Shown piece after piece: positions 10,077-18,823 of a stretch of DNA of 64,000 nucleotides; position 1 is the first letter of the stretch, and every line of letters begins with the position of its first letter. The notes beneath the pieces are model-generated. The model was not told where the DNA came from and did not search any database. It was given only the letters and a program-made list of their open reading frames with translations. Source of the DNA: Candidatus Latescibacterota bacterium (GTDB taxonomy: Bacteria; Latescibacterota; UBA2968; UBA8231); the NCBI GenBank assembly GCA_965208105.1, contig OZ242318.1, positions 4,256,001 through 4,320,000 on the forward strand, given 5' to 3'. Position numbers and translations under genes: made by a program.

Positions 10077-11552
10077 ATGGCCGGGACCTCGAGATATCCG
10101 CGCATTTCCAGTTTCAAAAAAGTGGAGGATTTCCGCCGCCACTGCGCCGCCCTCGGCCTGGACCTGCCCTGTGACGAGCAGGTCCTGGGGGCTCCGGAAT
10201 CTCCACTGGCGCAGCCCTGCCGACTGGGTCCGCGGCGCTGCGGCAATCGCTTCGCCATTCAGCCGATGGAGGGATGGGACGGCACCGAAGACGGATTGCC
10301 CACCGACAGGGTGCGCAGGCGCTGGAGGAATTTCGGTCGCAGCGGCGCCAAATTGATCTGGGGCGGCGAGGCGTTCGCGGTCTGTCCGGAGGGACGCGCC
10401 AACCCCAACCAGCTGATGGTGCGCCGGGAAAGCCGGGCAGGATTGGCCGAACTGCGCGGCCTCCTGCTCGCGGCCCACGGCGAGCACCACGGATCAGTCG
10501 ACGACCTGGTGGTGGGTCTGCAGTTGACCCATTCGGGACGCTTCTGCCGGCCCTACGCCAAGGACCGCATGGAGCCCGTCATCCTCTACCGCCATCCGAT
10601 CCTCGACCGGAAGTTCGGCCTGGCTCCGGACTATCCGGTGCTGGAGGACGGCGGTATCGAAAAGTTGATCGACCTCTACGTCGAGGCGGCCGCCATCGCC
10701 CAGGACGTGGGCTTCCATTTCGTGGACGTCAAGCACTGTCACGGCTACCTGGGGCACGAGTTCCTCAGCGCCCACACCCGTCAGGGGAAGTTCGGCGGCT
10801 CCTTCGAGAACCGCACCCGTTTCTGCCGCGAGATCGTCCGGGGAATCCGTCTCCGCTGCCCCGGCCTGATGGTCGGCGTGCGCCTGAGCGCCTTCGATTT
10901 CGTGCCCTTCCGGCCCCAGCCGGACCAGGGCCGGGGAGGGCGCCCGGGACCGGGCGTCCCGGAGCCGTACGAGGACTGCCTGCCGTACCGCTACGGGTTC
11001 GGCATGGAGCAAGGGGCGCCCCTGCGCATCGACATGGACGAGACCTTCGCCTTCATCGAGATGCTGCAGGGATTGGGGGTCGAGCTCCTCAATATTTCAT
11101 GCGGAAGCCCCTACTACAATCCCCACATTCAGCGCCCGGCCCTCTTCCCGCCCTCGGACGGCTACCAGCCCCCCGAAGATCCCCTGGTTGGAGTGGCGCG
11201 CCAGTTGGGCACCGCCGCCCGCATAAAGGAGCGCTTCGCCGAAATGCCGGTCGTGGGCACGGGCTACTCCTACCTGCAGGAGTACCTGCCCCTAGTGGCC
11301 CAGGCCGGCGTCAGGGAGGGCAAGGTGGACTTCGTCGGTCTCGGCCGGATGGTGCTGTCCTACCCGCAGCTGCCGCGCGATGTGCTGCAACTGGGCAGGA
11401 TGGAGCGCAAACCCGTATGCCGCACCTTCAGCGACTGCACCACCGCACCGCGCAACGGCATGGTATCGGGATGCTTCCCCCTGGACCCGTTCTACAAGAA
11501 TTCCCCGGAGGCGGGAATCCTGAAAAAGATAAAGGCAGGCGCGCGCCGTTGA
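10077..11552 (+). CDS. NADH:flavin oxidoreductase (old yellow enzyme family)
   Basis: [48 protein letters not shown]. Confidence 0.88.
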   Translation: MAGTSRYPRISSFKKVEDFRRHCAALGLDLPCDEQVLGAPESPLAQPCRLGPRRCGNRFAIQPMEGWDGTEDGLPTDRVRRRWRNFGRSGAKLIWGGEAFAVCPEGRANPNQLMVRRESRAGLAELRGLLLAAHGEHHGSVDDLVVGLQLTHSGRFCRPYAKDRMEPVILYRHPILDRKFGLAPDYPVLEDGGIEKLIDLYVEAAAIAQDVGFHFVDVKHCHGYLGHEFLSAHTRQGKFGGSFENRTRFCREIVRGIRLRCPGLMVGVRLSAFDFVPFRPQPDQGRGGRPGPGVPEPYEDCLPYRYGFGMEQGAPLRIDMDETFAFIEMLQGLGVELLNISCGSPYYNPHIQRPALFPPSDGYQPPEDPLVGVARQLGTAARIKERFAEMPVVGTGYSYLQEYLPLVAQAGVREGKVDFVGLGRMVLSYPQLPRDVLQLGRMERKPVCRTFSDCTTAPRNGMVSGCFPLDPFYKNSPEAGILKKIKAGARR

Positions 11553-11580
11553 AGCTGCGCATCCCAAAGGAGAAAGGGCC

Positions 11581-11949
11581 ATGATTGACAAGATTCACAA
11601 GATCGCCGTGGTAACGGACGACGTCGAAGGAGCGGTGGAGTTCTATACCCGTTCCCTGGGGTTGAAGGAAGTGGAGCGCCTGCCCAAGGACGACGACGAG
11701 GACTTCGTCTTTCTCGACGCCGGCGGTTTTCTCCTGGAGCTGATGCCCCAGAAGACCATGCAGGCCGAGGTGGGGTTTCACCACATTTCCTTCAAGGTCG
11801 ATAGTGTATACGAAGCAGGCCGCGAGTTGCAGGACAAGGGAGTGGAGCTGGAGAAGGAGCCCTTCGATGCCGGGGTAGGGGGTATTCACCTGTCCTTTTT
11901 CAGAGGACCGAACAATGTCCTGTTGCAGTTGTTCCAGCGCAACAAGTGA
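11581..11949 (+). CDS. VOC/glyoxalase family protein
   Basis: VEFYTRSLG, LLELM, GFHHISFKVD, FFRGPNN. Confidence 0.85.
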   Translation: MIDKIHKIAVVTDDVEGAVEFYTRSLGLKEVERLPKDDDEDFVFLDAGGFLLELMPQKTMQAEVGFHHISFKVDSVYEAGRELQDKGVELEKEPFDAGVGGIHLSFFRGPNNVLLQLFQRNK

Positions 11950-11973
11950 CAATTTTCAGAGAGGAGAAGGATC

Positions 11974-12747
11974 ATGGCGCGAGTGAAGGCTACATTTATC
12001 GGACACGCATCCTTTCGATTCCAGTCCGAGAAGGGCACTGTCATATACTTCGATCCCTGGCTCGACGACAACCCCACCGCCGAGATGAAGCTGTCCAATG
12101 TGAGAAAGGCGGACATCGTCATCGGAACCCACGGGCATAGCGATCACCTCGGGGACTGTTTCGAAATCTGCCGCCGCACGGGGGCGAAATTCGTCGGCAG
12201 CTACGAACTTGGCGTCGCCGCCGAGGCCAACGGTCTAAAGATGGGCCGCCGGGCAATGTCGATGAATCCAGGGGGCACGGTGCGGATAAAGGATGTGAAC
12301 ATCACCATGACCCAGGCCCACCACTCGCTTTCCATGTCTCCCCACGTACTGGGGGAGGGGCTCCCCTCCGGCGCCATCCTGCACCCGGACGGCGCCGTGG
12401 GAGGCTTCGTGATGGCCTTCGACAACGGCATCACCATCTACGACTCCTCGGATACCTGCGTGTTCGGCGACATGCAGCTCATCGGCCAGATGTACGGTCC
12501 GCAGATCGCCATTCTGCCGGTGGGCGGCCAGTACACCATGGGAGTGCGCGAGGCGGCGAGGGCAGCCAGCTTCCTCCGCCCCGACATCGTCATCCCCTGC
12601 CACTACGGTCCGATCATGGGACAGCCGGCGGACATCGGGTCGCTGGCGCGGGAGGTCCGGTTTCTCTCTCCCAATACCAGGGTGGTGGAGCTCGACGTGG
12701 GACAGTCGCTGACCTACACCGCCAGTTCCTTCAAGGTCGGCGGCTGA
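11974..12747 (+). CDS. Metallo-beta-lactamase-fold hydrolase (UPF0173-like)
   Basis: FIGHASF, IYFDPW, THGHSDHLGD, ILPVGGQYTM, IPCHY. Confidence 0.88.
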   Translation: MARVKATFIGHASFRFQSEKGTVIYFDPWLDDNPTAEMKLSNVRKADIVIGTHGHSDHLGDCFEICRRTGAKFVGSYELGVAAEANGLKMGRRAMSMNPGGTVRIKDVNITMTQAHHSLSMSPHVLGEGLPSGAILHPDGAVGGFVMAFDNGITIYDSSDTCVFGDMQLIGQMYGPQIAILPVGGQYTMGVREAARAASFLRPDIVIPCHYGPIMGQPADIGSLAREVRFLSPNTRVVELDVGQSLTYTASSFKVGG

Positions 12748-12775
12748 TCCGGGGGCCGCAGAGGCGGGAGCAGGA

Positions 12776-13777
12776 ATGATAGAGAAGCCGGAAGTCATCA
12801 TCAGCGGTTTTGCCGACGAAGGTCCTCCCGGGAAGAAGGCGGAGGACCAGCTGGCCATGCTGGCCGCCCTGGGGATGTCCTTTTACAGTCTGCGCTTCGT
12901 GGATGTGGGGCAGGGGGTCAAAAACGTGATGCAGCTGACCCGCCGCGAGATCAGGACCCTCCGCCGCCTTCACGCCGAGTACGGAATCAGGGTCTCCTCC
13001 ATCGGCTCGCCCATCGGCAAGATCAAGCTGGCCGACGTGGAAGACGGCAGCTCCAACGCCTACGTTCCCTTCAAGACCTACCTGAAAAGGGAGGTGGCCC
13101 GCGCCATCGATCTGGCCGGGGAGTTCGACACCCGGTTGATTCGCGGCTTTTCCTTCTACCATCCGCGCGGAACCAGCCCCCGGGACTATCTCGACCAGGC
13201 GGCGGACCGCCTTGCCCAGATCGCCGACGCGTGCCGGAGCGCCGGCGTGTTTTTCGGCCTCGAGGTGGAGGCCAACCTGGTGGGACAGAACGGCCGCCTT
13301 CTGCGGTCCATCTACGGCAAGGTCCGCAATCAGCACCTCTACCTGATCTTCGACGGGGGCAACCTCGCGAGCCAGAATCTCACCAGGGAGCAGACTTTTG
13401 CCGAGTACCAGGCCATGCGCCGGGGAATCGGCTGGATGCACGTCAAGGATTATGAGATCGATCCGGCCCTGGAGTGGAAGGGGCACGTGGACGAGGAGCG
13501 GCTGAAAAATTTCGTCCCCGCAGACCGGGGAGATTCGGGCCACGAGGAGATCCTGCGCGATTTCAGGAATCGCCTTCCCGCGCTGGGGCGGCGCCTGCGG
13601 CGGCAGGGAATCCCTGGTGTGTTCCTGGAACTGGAGCCCCACCTCAGGGGGGGAGGACAGTTCGGTGGTTTCAGCGGGGTTGACGGATTCGGCGTGGCTC
13701 TGCGCGCCTTGTTGAATCTGCTGGACTACAGCGGGATAGGCTACCGCCTGGCCCAGTACGGCGATTTGCGCCAGTAG
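12776..13777 (+). CDS. Sugar-phosphate isomerase/epimerase TIM-barrel protein
   Basis: ISGFADE, SSIGSPIGK, IRGFSFY, IFDGGN, WMHVKD, LELEPHL. Confidence 0.85.
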   Translation: MIEKPEVIISGFADEGPPGKKAEDQLAMLAALGMSFYSLRFVDVGQGVKNVMQLTRREIRTLRRLHAEYGIRVSSIGSPIGKIKLADVEDGSSNAYVPFKTYLKREVARAIDLAGEFDTRLIRGFSFYHPRGTSPRDYLDQAADRLAQIADACRSAGVFFGLEVEANLVGQNGRLLRSIYGKVRNQHLYLIFDGGNLASQNLTREQTFAEYQAMRRGIGWMHVKDYEIDPALEWKGHVDEERLKNFVPADRGDSGHEEILRDFRNRLPALGRRLRRQGIPGVFLELEPHLRGGGQFGGFSGVDGFGVALRALLNLLDYSGIGYRLAQYGDLRQ

Positions 13778-13788
13778 AAGGGGGCCGC

Positions 13789-15282
13789 ATGGGCAGGGGC
13801 TACGAGGATTTCATCCGGCGGGCGCGGGAACTGCAGGATATCAGCCATGCGCAGGCCTTGCTCCACTGGGACCAGGAGACCTTCCTGCCGCCCAGGGGGA
13901 ACGCGATGCGGGCGCGGAGCAGCGGAACTCTGGCAGGGATCTACCACGAGAGGCTCATCCACCCCGACCTCGTGGACCTGGTTAAAAGACTCGGGGAGGC
14001 CGGCCTTCAGGGAGACGAGGCGGTCAACCTGCGCGAGCTGGAGCGCGAGCAGAGCCGGGCCTTGAAGTTGCCCGGGGAGCTGGTGATCGAGCTCGGCAGG
14101 ACCACCTCCCTGGCCCACGAGGCCTGGGTCGAGGCGCGCCGGAAGTCGGACTTCCGGCACTTCGAGCCCTGGCTCGAAAAGGTGGTGGGTCTCAAGCGGG
14201 AGGTAGCCCTCCGGGTGGGCTTCGAGGGGTCGATCTACAACGCTCTGCTCGACGAGTACGAGCCCGGCTGCAGGATCGAGGATATCTCCTCCCTTTTCGC
14301 GGATTTGAGGAGGCGCCTCGTTCCCCTGGTGGAGCGCATCGCCGCCGCCGAAAGGAGCCCCGCCACGGGAATCCTCGATCAGGAGTTCCCCGTGGAGGGG
14401 CAGGAGTACTTCGGGAGACAGGTCATGGCGGACATGGGCTTTGACCTGGAGGCCGGCCGCCTCGATGTCTCGGTGCATCCCTTCTGCTCCGGGATGAGCC
14501 CCGCCGATGTGCGCCTGACCACCCGCTACAGCCCGCACAGGCTGGGGGAGTCCCTGTTCGGAATCATCCACGAGAGCGGGCACGGACTCTACGAACAGGG
14601 ATTGCCCGCAGAAGCCGCGGGGACCCCGCTGTGCGCCAGCATTTCCCTCGGCATCCACGAGTCGCAGTCGCGCCTGTGGGAGAACATGGTGGGACGCAGC
14701 AAAGCCTTCTGGAAGCACTATCTGCCGCGCCTGCGCGAGGTCTTTCCGCAACAGCTGCAGGGAGTCGGCCTCGAGCCCTTCTACGCCGCGGTCAACCAGG
14801 TGGAACCTTCGTTCATCAGGGTCGAGGCCGACGAGGTGACCTACAATCTGCACATCCTGCTGCGCTTCGAGCTGGAGCGGGAGCTCCTGGAGGACAAGGT
14901 GCCGGTGGCCGGCCTGCCCGAGGCCTGGAACGAGCGCATGGATACCTATCTCGGCATCCGTCCTCCCAACGACGCCCAGGGGGTGTTGCAGGACGTGCAC
15001 TGGTCCTCCGGCCTGCTGGGCTATTTCCCCACCTACACCCTGGGCAACCTCTACGCAGCCCAGTTTTACCACCAGGCCCGCAGGGATATTCCCGATCTCC
15101 TCGACCAAGTGGAGGAGGGCCGGCTGGGAGGATTGAAGGCCTGGCTCAATGAGAAGATCCACGCGCGCGGCCGCCGGGTCGGCGCTGCCGAACTGGTTGC
15201 CGAGGTAAGCGGGAAAGCGCTCGAGGCGGACTATTTCATGGACTACCTGGAGACAAAATTCGGAGCCCTGTACCAGATATGA
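13789..15282 (+). CDS. Carboxypeptidase Taq (peptidase M32)
   Basis: LHWDQETFLP, HPF, HESGHGLYEQ, IHESQSRLWEN, IRVEADE, LQDVHW, GYFPTYTLG. Confidence 0.95.
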   Translation: MGRGYEDFIRRARELQDISHAQALLHWDQETFLPPRGNAMRARSSGTLAGIYHERLIHPDLVDLVKRLGEAGLQGDEAVNLRELEREQSRALKLPGELVIELGRTTSLAHEAWVEARRKSDFRHFEPWLEKVVGLKREVALRVGFEGSIYNALLDEYEPGCRIEDISSLFADLRRRLVPLVERIAAAERSPATGILDQEFPVEGQEYFGRQVMADMGFDLEAGRLDVSVHPFCSGMSPADVRLTTRYSPHRLGESLFGIIHESGHGLYEQGLPAEAAGTPLCASISLGIHESQSRLWENMVGRSKAFWKHYLPRLREVFPQQLQGVGLEPFYAAVNQVEPSFIRVEADEVTYNLHILLRFELERELLEDKVPVAGLPEAWNERMDTYLGIRPPNDAQGVLQDVHWSSGLLGYFPTYTLGNLYAAQFYHQARRDIPDLLDQVEEGRLGGLKAWLNEKIHARGRRVGAAELVAEVSGKALEADYFMDYLETKFGALYQI

Positions 15283-16535
15283 AGAAGGATGTGGAGGTCC
15301 TGGTCATAGGCGGCGGAGTGATCGGCATATGTTCTGCCCACTACCTGGCAGAGTCGGGCCGCCGGGTCACGGTGGTGGAGCGCGGCGAGATCGGCTCGGG
15401 ATGTTCCTACGGCAACTCCGGTCTCATCGTGCCCAGCCACAGCGTGCCGCTTTCGGCTCCCGGCACCGTGCTCAAGGGGCTCAAGTGGATGTTCGACCCG
15501 GAGAGTCCCTTCTACATCAAGCCGCGGCTGGACTGGGACCTCCTGTCCTGGCTCTGGAAGTTTCGCGGCTGTTGCAACAGGGGACATCTCGACCGGGCGG
15601 CGCCCCTTATCCGCGACCTCAGCCTGGAAAGCCTGAGGCTCTACCATGAGTTGGCCGCCCTGGGGGATCTCCAATTCGGCTTCGAGCAGCGCGGCGTGCT
15701 GGCTCTCTACAACAGCCGGGAGGGGCTCGCCGAAGGTGTGGAGGAAGCGCACTTTCTGCAGGGCATCGGCATCGAGGTCGAGGTTTTGAGCGCGGAACAG
15801 GTGCGCGCAAAGGAACCCAACGTCCACATCGCCGCCCGGGGCGGGGTCTACTATGCCCAGGACGCCCACCTCACCCCCGCCCTTTTCGTGTCCGAGCTCG
15901 CCCGCCACAGCCGCAGCCAGGGGGTGGACATCAGGACGCAGACCGAGGTCCTGGGCTTCGAGATGGCCGGGGGCAGGGTGCGCGGGGTGCGGACCACGAA
16001 GGGGGATTTCGCGCCCGCGGAGGTGGTGCTGGCCGGTGGTTCCTGGTCCGCATCGATCGTCCGTGACCTGGGGCTCAAGCTGCCCATCCAGCCCGCCAAG
16101 GGCTATCACGCCACTTTCAGGCGCCCGCAGAATTGTCCATCCATCCCCTTTCTGCTGGGGGAGGCCAGGGTGGGGGTGGGTCTCATGCTCGACGCGGTCC
16201 GCTTCGCCGGCACCCTGGAGCTTGCCGGGCTCGATCTGAGCATCGACCAGCGCCGGGTCCGGGCCATCCTCAGGGCCGTCCCCGAGTACGTTCCCGACCT
16301 CGACCCGGCGCGGCTCGAGCTGGTGGAGATCTGGCGCGGACTGCGGCCCTGCACCCCGGACGGACTTCCTCTGCTGGGGCGGACGCGGACACCTTCCAAC
16401 CTCACCGTCGCCGCCGGCCACGCCACCATCGGGGTGTCCCTGGGGCCGGTTACCGGAAAGCTGGTCTCCCAGGTGGTGAGCGAATCGGAGACCGGGTTCG
16501 ATCTGAATGCTCTCGCGGTCGAGCGCTTCGGATGA
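15279..16535 (+). CDS. D-amino acid dehydrogenase / FAD-dependent oxidoreductase (DadA-like)
   Basis: IGGGVIG, CSYGNSG, PAKGYH, WRGLRPCTPDGLP, GHATIGVSLGPVTG. Confidence 0.88.
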   Translation: MKKDVEVLVIGGGVIGICSAHYLAESGRRVTVVERGEIGSGCSYGNSGLIVPSHSVPLSAPGTVLKGLKWMFDPESPFYIKPRLDWDLLSWLWKFRGCCNRGHLDRAAPLIRDLSLESLRLYHELAALGDLQFGFEQRGVLALYNSREGLAEGVEEAHFLQGIGIEVEVLSAEQVRAKEPNVHIAARGGVYYAQDAHLTPALFVSELARHSRSQGVDIRTQTEVLGFEMAGGRVRGVRTTKGDFAPAEVVLAGGSWSASIVRDLGLKLPIQPAKGYHATFRRPQNCPSIPFLLGEARVGVGLMLDAVRFAGTLELAGLDLSIDQRRVRAILRAVPEYVPDLDPARLELVEIWRGLRPCTPDGLPLLGRTRTPSNLTVAAGHATIGVSLGPVTGKLVSQVVSESETGFDLNALAVERFG

Positions 16536-16566
16536 TCTCGAGAATTGTCAAACTACATATCAAGAC

Positions 16567-16596
16567 TTGACAAATGAGGTTGAATTTTCTTAAAAT
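16567..16596 (+). promoter_or_regulatory. Putative sigma70 promoter for the CTD-bearing protein gene
   Basis: TTGACA (16567-16572), 18-bp spacer, TAAAAT (16591-16596) in an AT-rich intergenic stretch. Confidence 0.6.
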
Positions 16597-16735
16597 TAAC
16601 GGTTTGAAAAATCACATCGCATTACACCACAACGACAAACGAGGAAAAGGAGGTGAGGAAGCGCAATCGTTTGTTCTTCGAGAATTGCCTAGTTTGCTTC
16701 AAGATCCAACCATAAAATTAAAAGGAAGGATAAAC

Positions 16736-18610
16736 ATGATTTTGCTTCGTCTGGGCCTGACGAGCCTTGCAGTGCTTGCACTGGCCGTCGGCAACATTCA
16801 AGCTGAGGAAGAGCTTCCGACTCCCTTCGCCGGATACAATGCGGTATTTCCAATGCCGGATGTATCCGGCGCTCCCACTCCTGCCTCCGTCACCACCCAG
16901 AATGTCCAATGGGATGGGAGCGGAGCGGTGACCATTCCCTTCACCACAAGCATTCGCGGCTATGCCCTCCTGGCAATATACCGCACCGACAGCAGCGAGA
17001 CCGGCCTTCGCGGACCACTCGATTCCTGGCTGCGGGTGGTGCCCCAGGACCTCTACGTGAATCACGTAGTCCAGGACGTCGAGACCGGGAACAACTCCTT
17101 CACCTGGGACGGGAATGATTTTGAAGGCAATGCAGCCGGAGCAGGCAACTACGCCTTCGACATCGTCGTCGTCGGCACCCAGGACAAGCCTGTGCTGGTG
17201 GGTCCTTCGGAGCGCGGAGGAGCGCCCTGGGGCGAGACCCGCATCGACATCAAGCAGAATCCACCCGAGGTCTGGGCCTGGGACGTTTCCCAGCCTGCCG
17301 GCAACTACATGCGCGGAACCATCGGCACCGACTATCTCGCCAATCCGACGGCGTGGGAGTCGTGGACCACCGGCGACATCCTCGCTCACGAGGGTGCCTT
17401 CAGCTTTACCGGCATGCTGCCCGACGACAAGGATCCGGATGTCTACTGGCAGAACGACTGGCGCGGTGAGATGGGCGGGACCTTCAAGCTCAAGATCAAC
17501 CGCTCGGCGCAGTCCTTCGAGCGCGACACCTCCTTCGGGGACAATGGCTTCGTTCCCCAGACCGAGGATCGCAATCCCGGCATGGACCCATGGGGAGACA
17601 AGATCTACGTCGCCCACTGGAGCGTGGCAGACAATCCCGCCACCGGCATCGAGTTCCGCGACAAGACATCCGGGGAGATCGTCCAGTTCGTCGATCTCAA
17701 CGACTTCTTCACTCAGAACGTGGTGGACGATGAGGGCAACGAGTCCATCCGCAACCTGGGTCCTGGCAAGATCGACGCCAAGGCCACCGGGATGTGGACC
17801 AGTGCCTGGCGCTGGGATTCGCCCGTAGTGCACGTCAATCACGACGGCCAGATCGTCTGGGCGAATGTTGGTCCCGGCGACGGCATCGCCGTGCATTATC
17901 AGCGCGAAGTGGCGGCCGAGCTGGGTGTCAGAGCCGAAATCGCCTCCAACATTCACGAGGAGGGAACAGCCAACGGCGAGTTCATGTTCCTCACCGAGGT
18001 CCACACGACCACAGGTGCCTACTTCTCTCTTCTCGGTCGCGACGGCACGGGCCTGCAGCAGGTCATCTGCAACCGGGACAACGTCACCCCGGCGCAGAAC
18101 GCCGAAGGACGCTATATTCCCATGTGGGAGCTCATAGTCGTTGACGAGGGCGGGGCCTACGACGGGCTCTACTACGGCACCGACCTGGGCATGGAGTCGC
18201 AGACCTACACCAACGAGGAAGATCAGGGTGGTGCGGGCATGCTCCTCTTTATGCCCTTCGACGTCGCCTCCGGCAACCTGGGCGCGGACGTCGAAAGTGT
18301 GGTGGAGGCGGTGGAGAGCGCCGGCACCCCGGACAGCTATGCCCTGGGCGCGGCCTATCCCAACCCCTTCAATCCCGAGACCACCATCGAGTTCTCGGTT
18401 CCCGGCGACGGCCATGTGAAAATCGAGGTCTTCAACGCCGCGGGCCAGCTCCTGAGCAGCCTGGTGGACGAGGAGTTGAGCGCGGGTACCTACAAGACCA
18501 TGTGGGACGCCCTCGACCACAACGGTATGCAGGTGTCGAGCGGGGTCTACTTCTATCGGATGCAGGCCGGCGAATTTGCCGCCACCCATTCGATGACCCT
18601 GCTGAAGTAG
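16736..18610 (+). CDS. Secreted protein with N-terminal FlgD-Ig-like domain and C-terminal FlgD/T9SS-type sorting domain
   Basis: Start re-called at ATG 16736 after AAGGAAGG; signal peptide; FTWDGNDFEGN..GNY; C-terminal YPNPFNPETTIEF..SSGVYFYRM..MTLLK. Confidence 0.85.
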   Translation: MILLRLGLTSLAVLALAVGNIQAEEELPTPFAGYNAVFPMPDVSGAPTPASVTTQNVQWDGSGAVTIPFTTSIRGYALLAIYRTDSSETGLRGPLDSWLRVVPQDLYVNHVVQDVETGNNSFTWDGNDFEGNAAGAGNYAFDIVVVGTQDKPVLVGPSERGGAPWGETRIDIKQNPPEVWAWDVSQPAGNYMRGTIGTDYLANPTAWESWTTGDILAHEGAFSFTGMLPDDKDPDVYWQNDWRGEMGGTFKLKINRSAQSFERDTSFGDNGFVPQTEDRNPGMDPWGDKIYVAHWSVADNPATGIEFRDKTSGEIVQFVDLNDFFTQNVVDDEGNESIRNLGPGKIDAKATGMWTSAWRWDSPVVHVNHDGQIVWANVGPGDGIAVHYQREVAAELGVRAEIASNIHEEGTANGEFMFLTEVHTTTGAYFSLLGRDGTGLQQVICNRDNVTPAQNAEGRYIPMWELIVVDEGGAYDGLYYGTDLGMESQTYTNEEDQGGAGMLLFMPFDVASGNLGADVESVVEAVESAGTPDSYALGAAYPNPFNPETTIEFSVPGDGHVKIEVFNAAGQLLSSLVDEELSAGTYKTMWDALDHNGMQVSSGVYFYRMQAGEFAATHSMTLLK

Positions 18611-18660
18611 GCTGAGCCGCCTCGGCGCCTCTGGGTGCCGCATTGGCCAGCATGTGAGAC

Positions 18661-18704
18661 AGAGCCGACTCCGGTGAGATCAACCGGGGTCGGCTCTCTT
18701 TTTC
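18661..18704 (+). terminator. Intrinsic terminator
   Basis: AGAGCCGACTCCGGT-loop-ACCGGGGTCGGCTCT followed by CTTTTT. Confidence 0.75.
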
Positions 18705-18823
18705 CAAGTGGCAGGGGAAGAATTCCGGTTTAGCCTCAGTCCCGGGGGTGGACAGAAGGTCCTGTACCACCTACTTTTAGGGCTTTGCCGAAATGTAAGA
18801 TAGAGATGCCAAGGAGAGATGGA

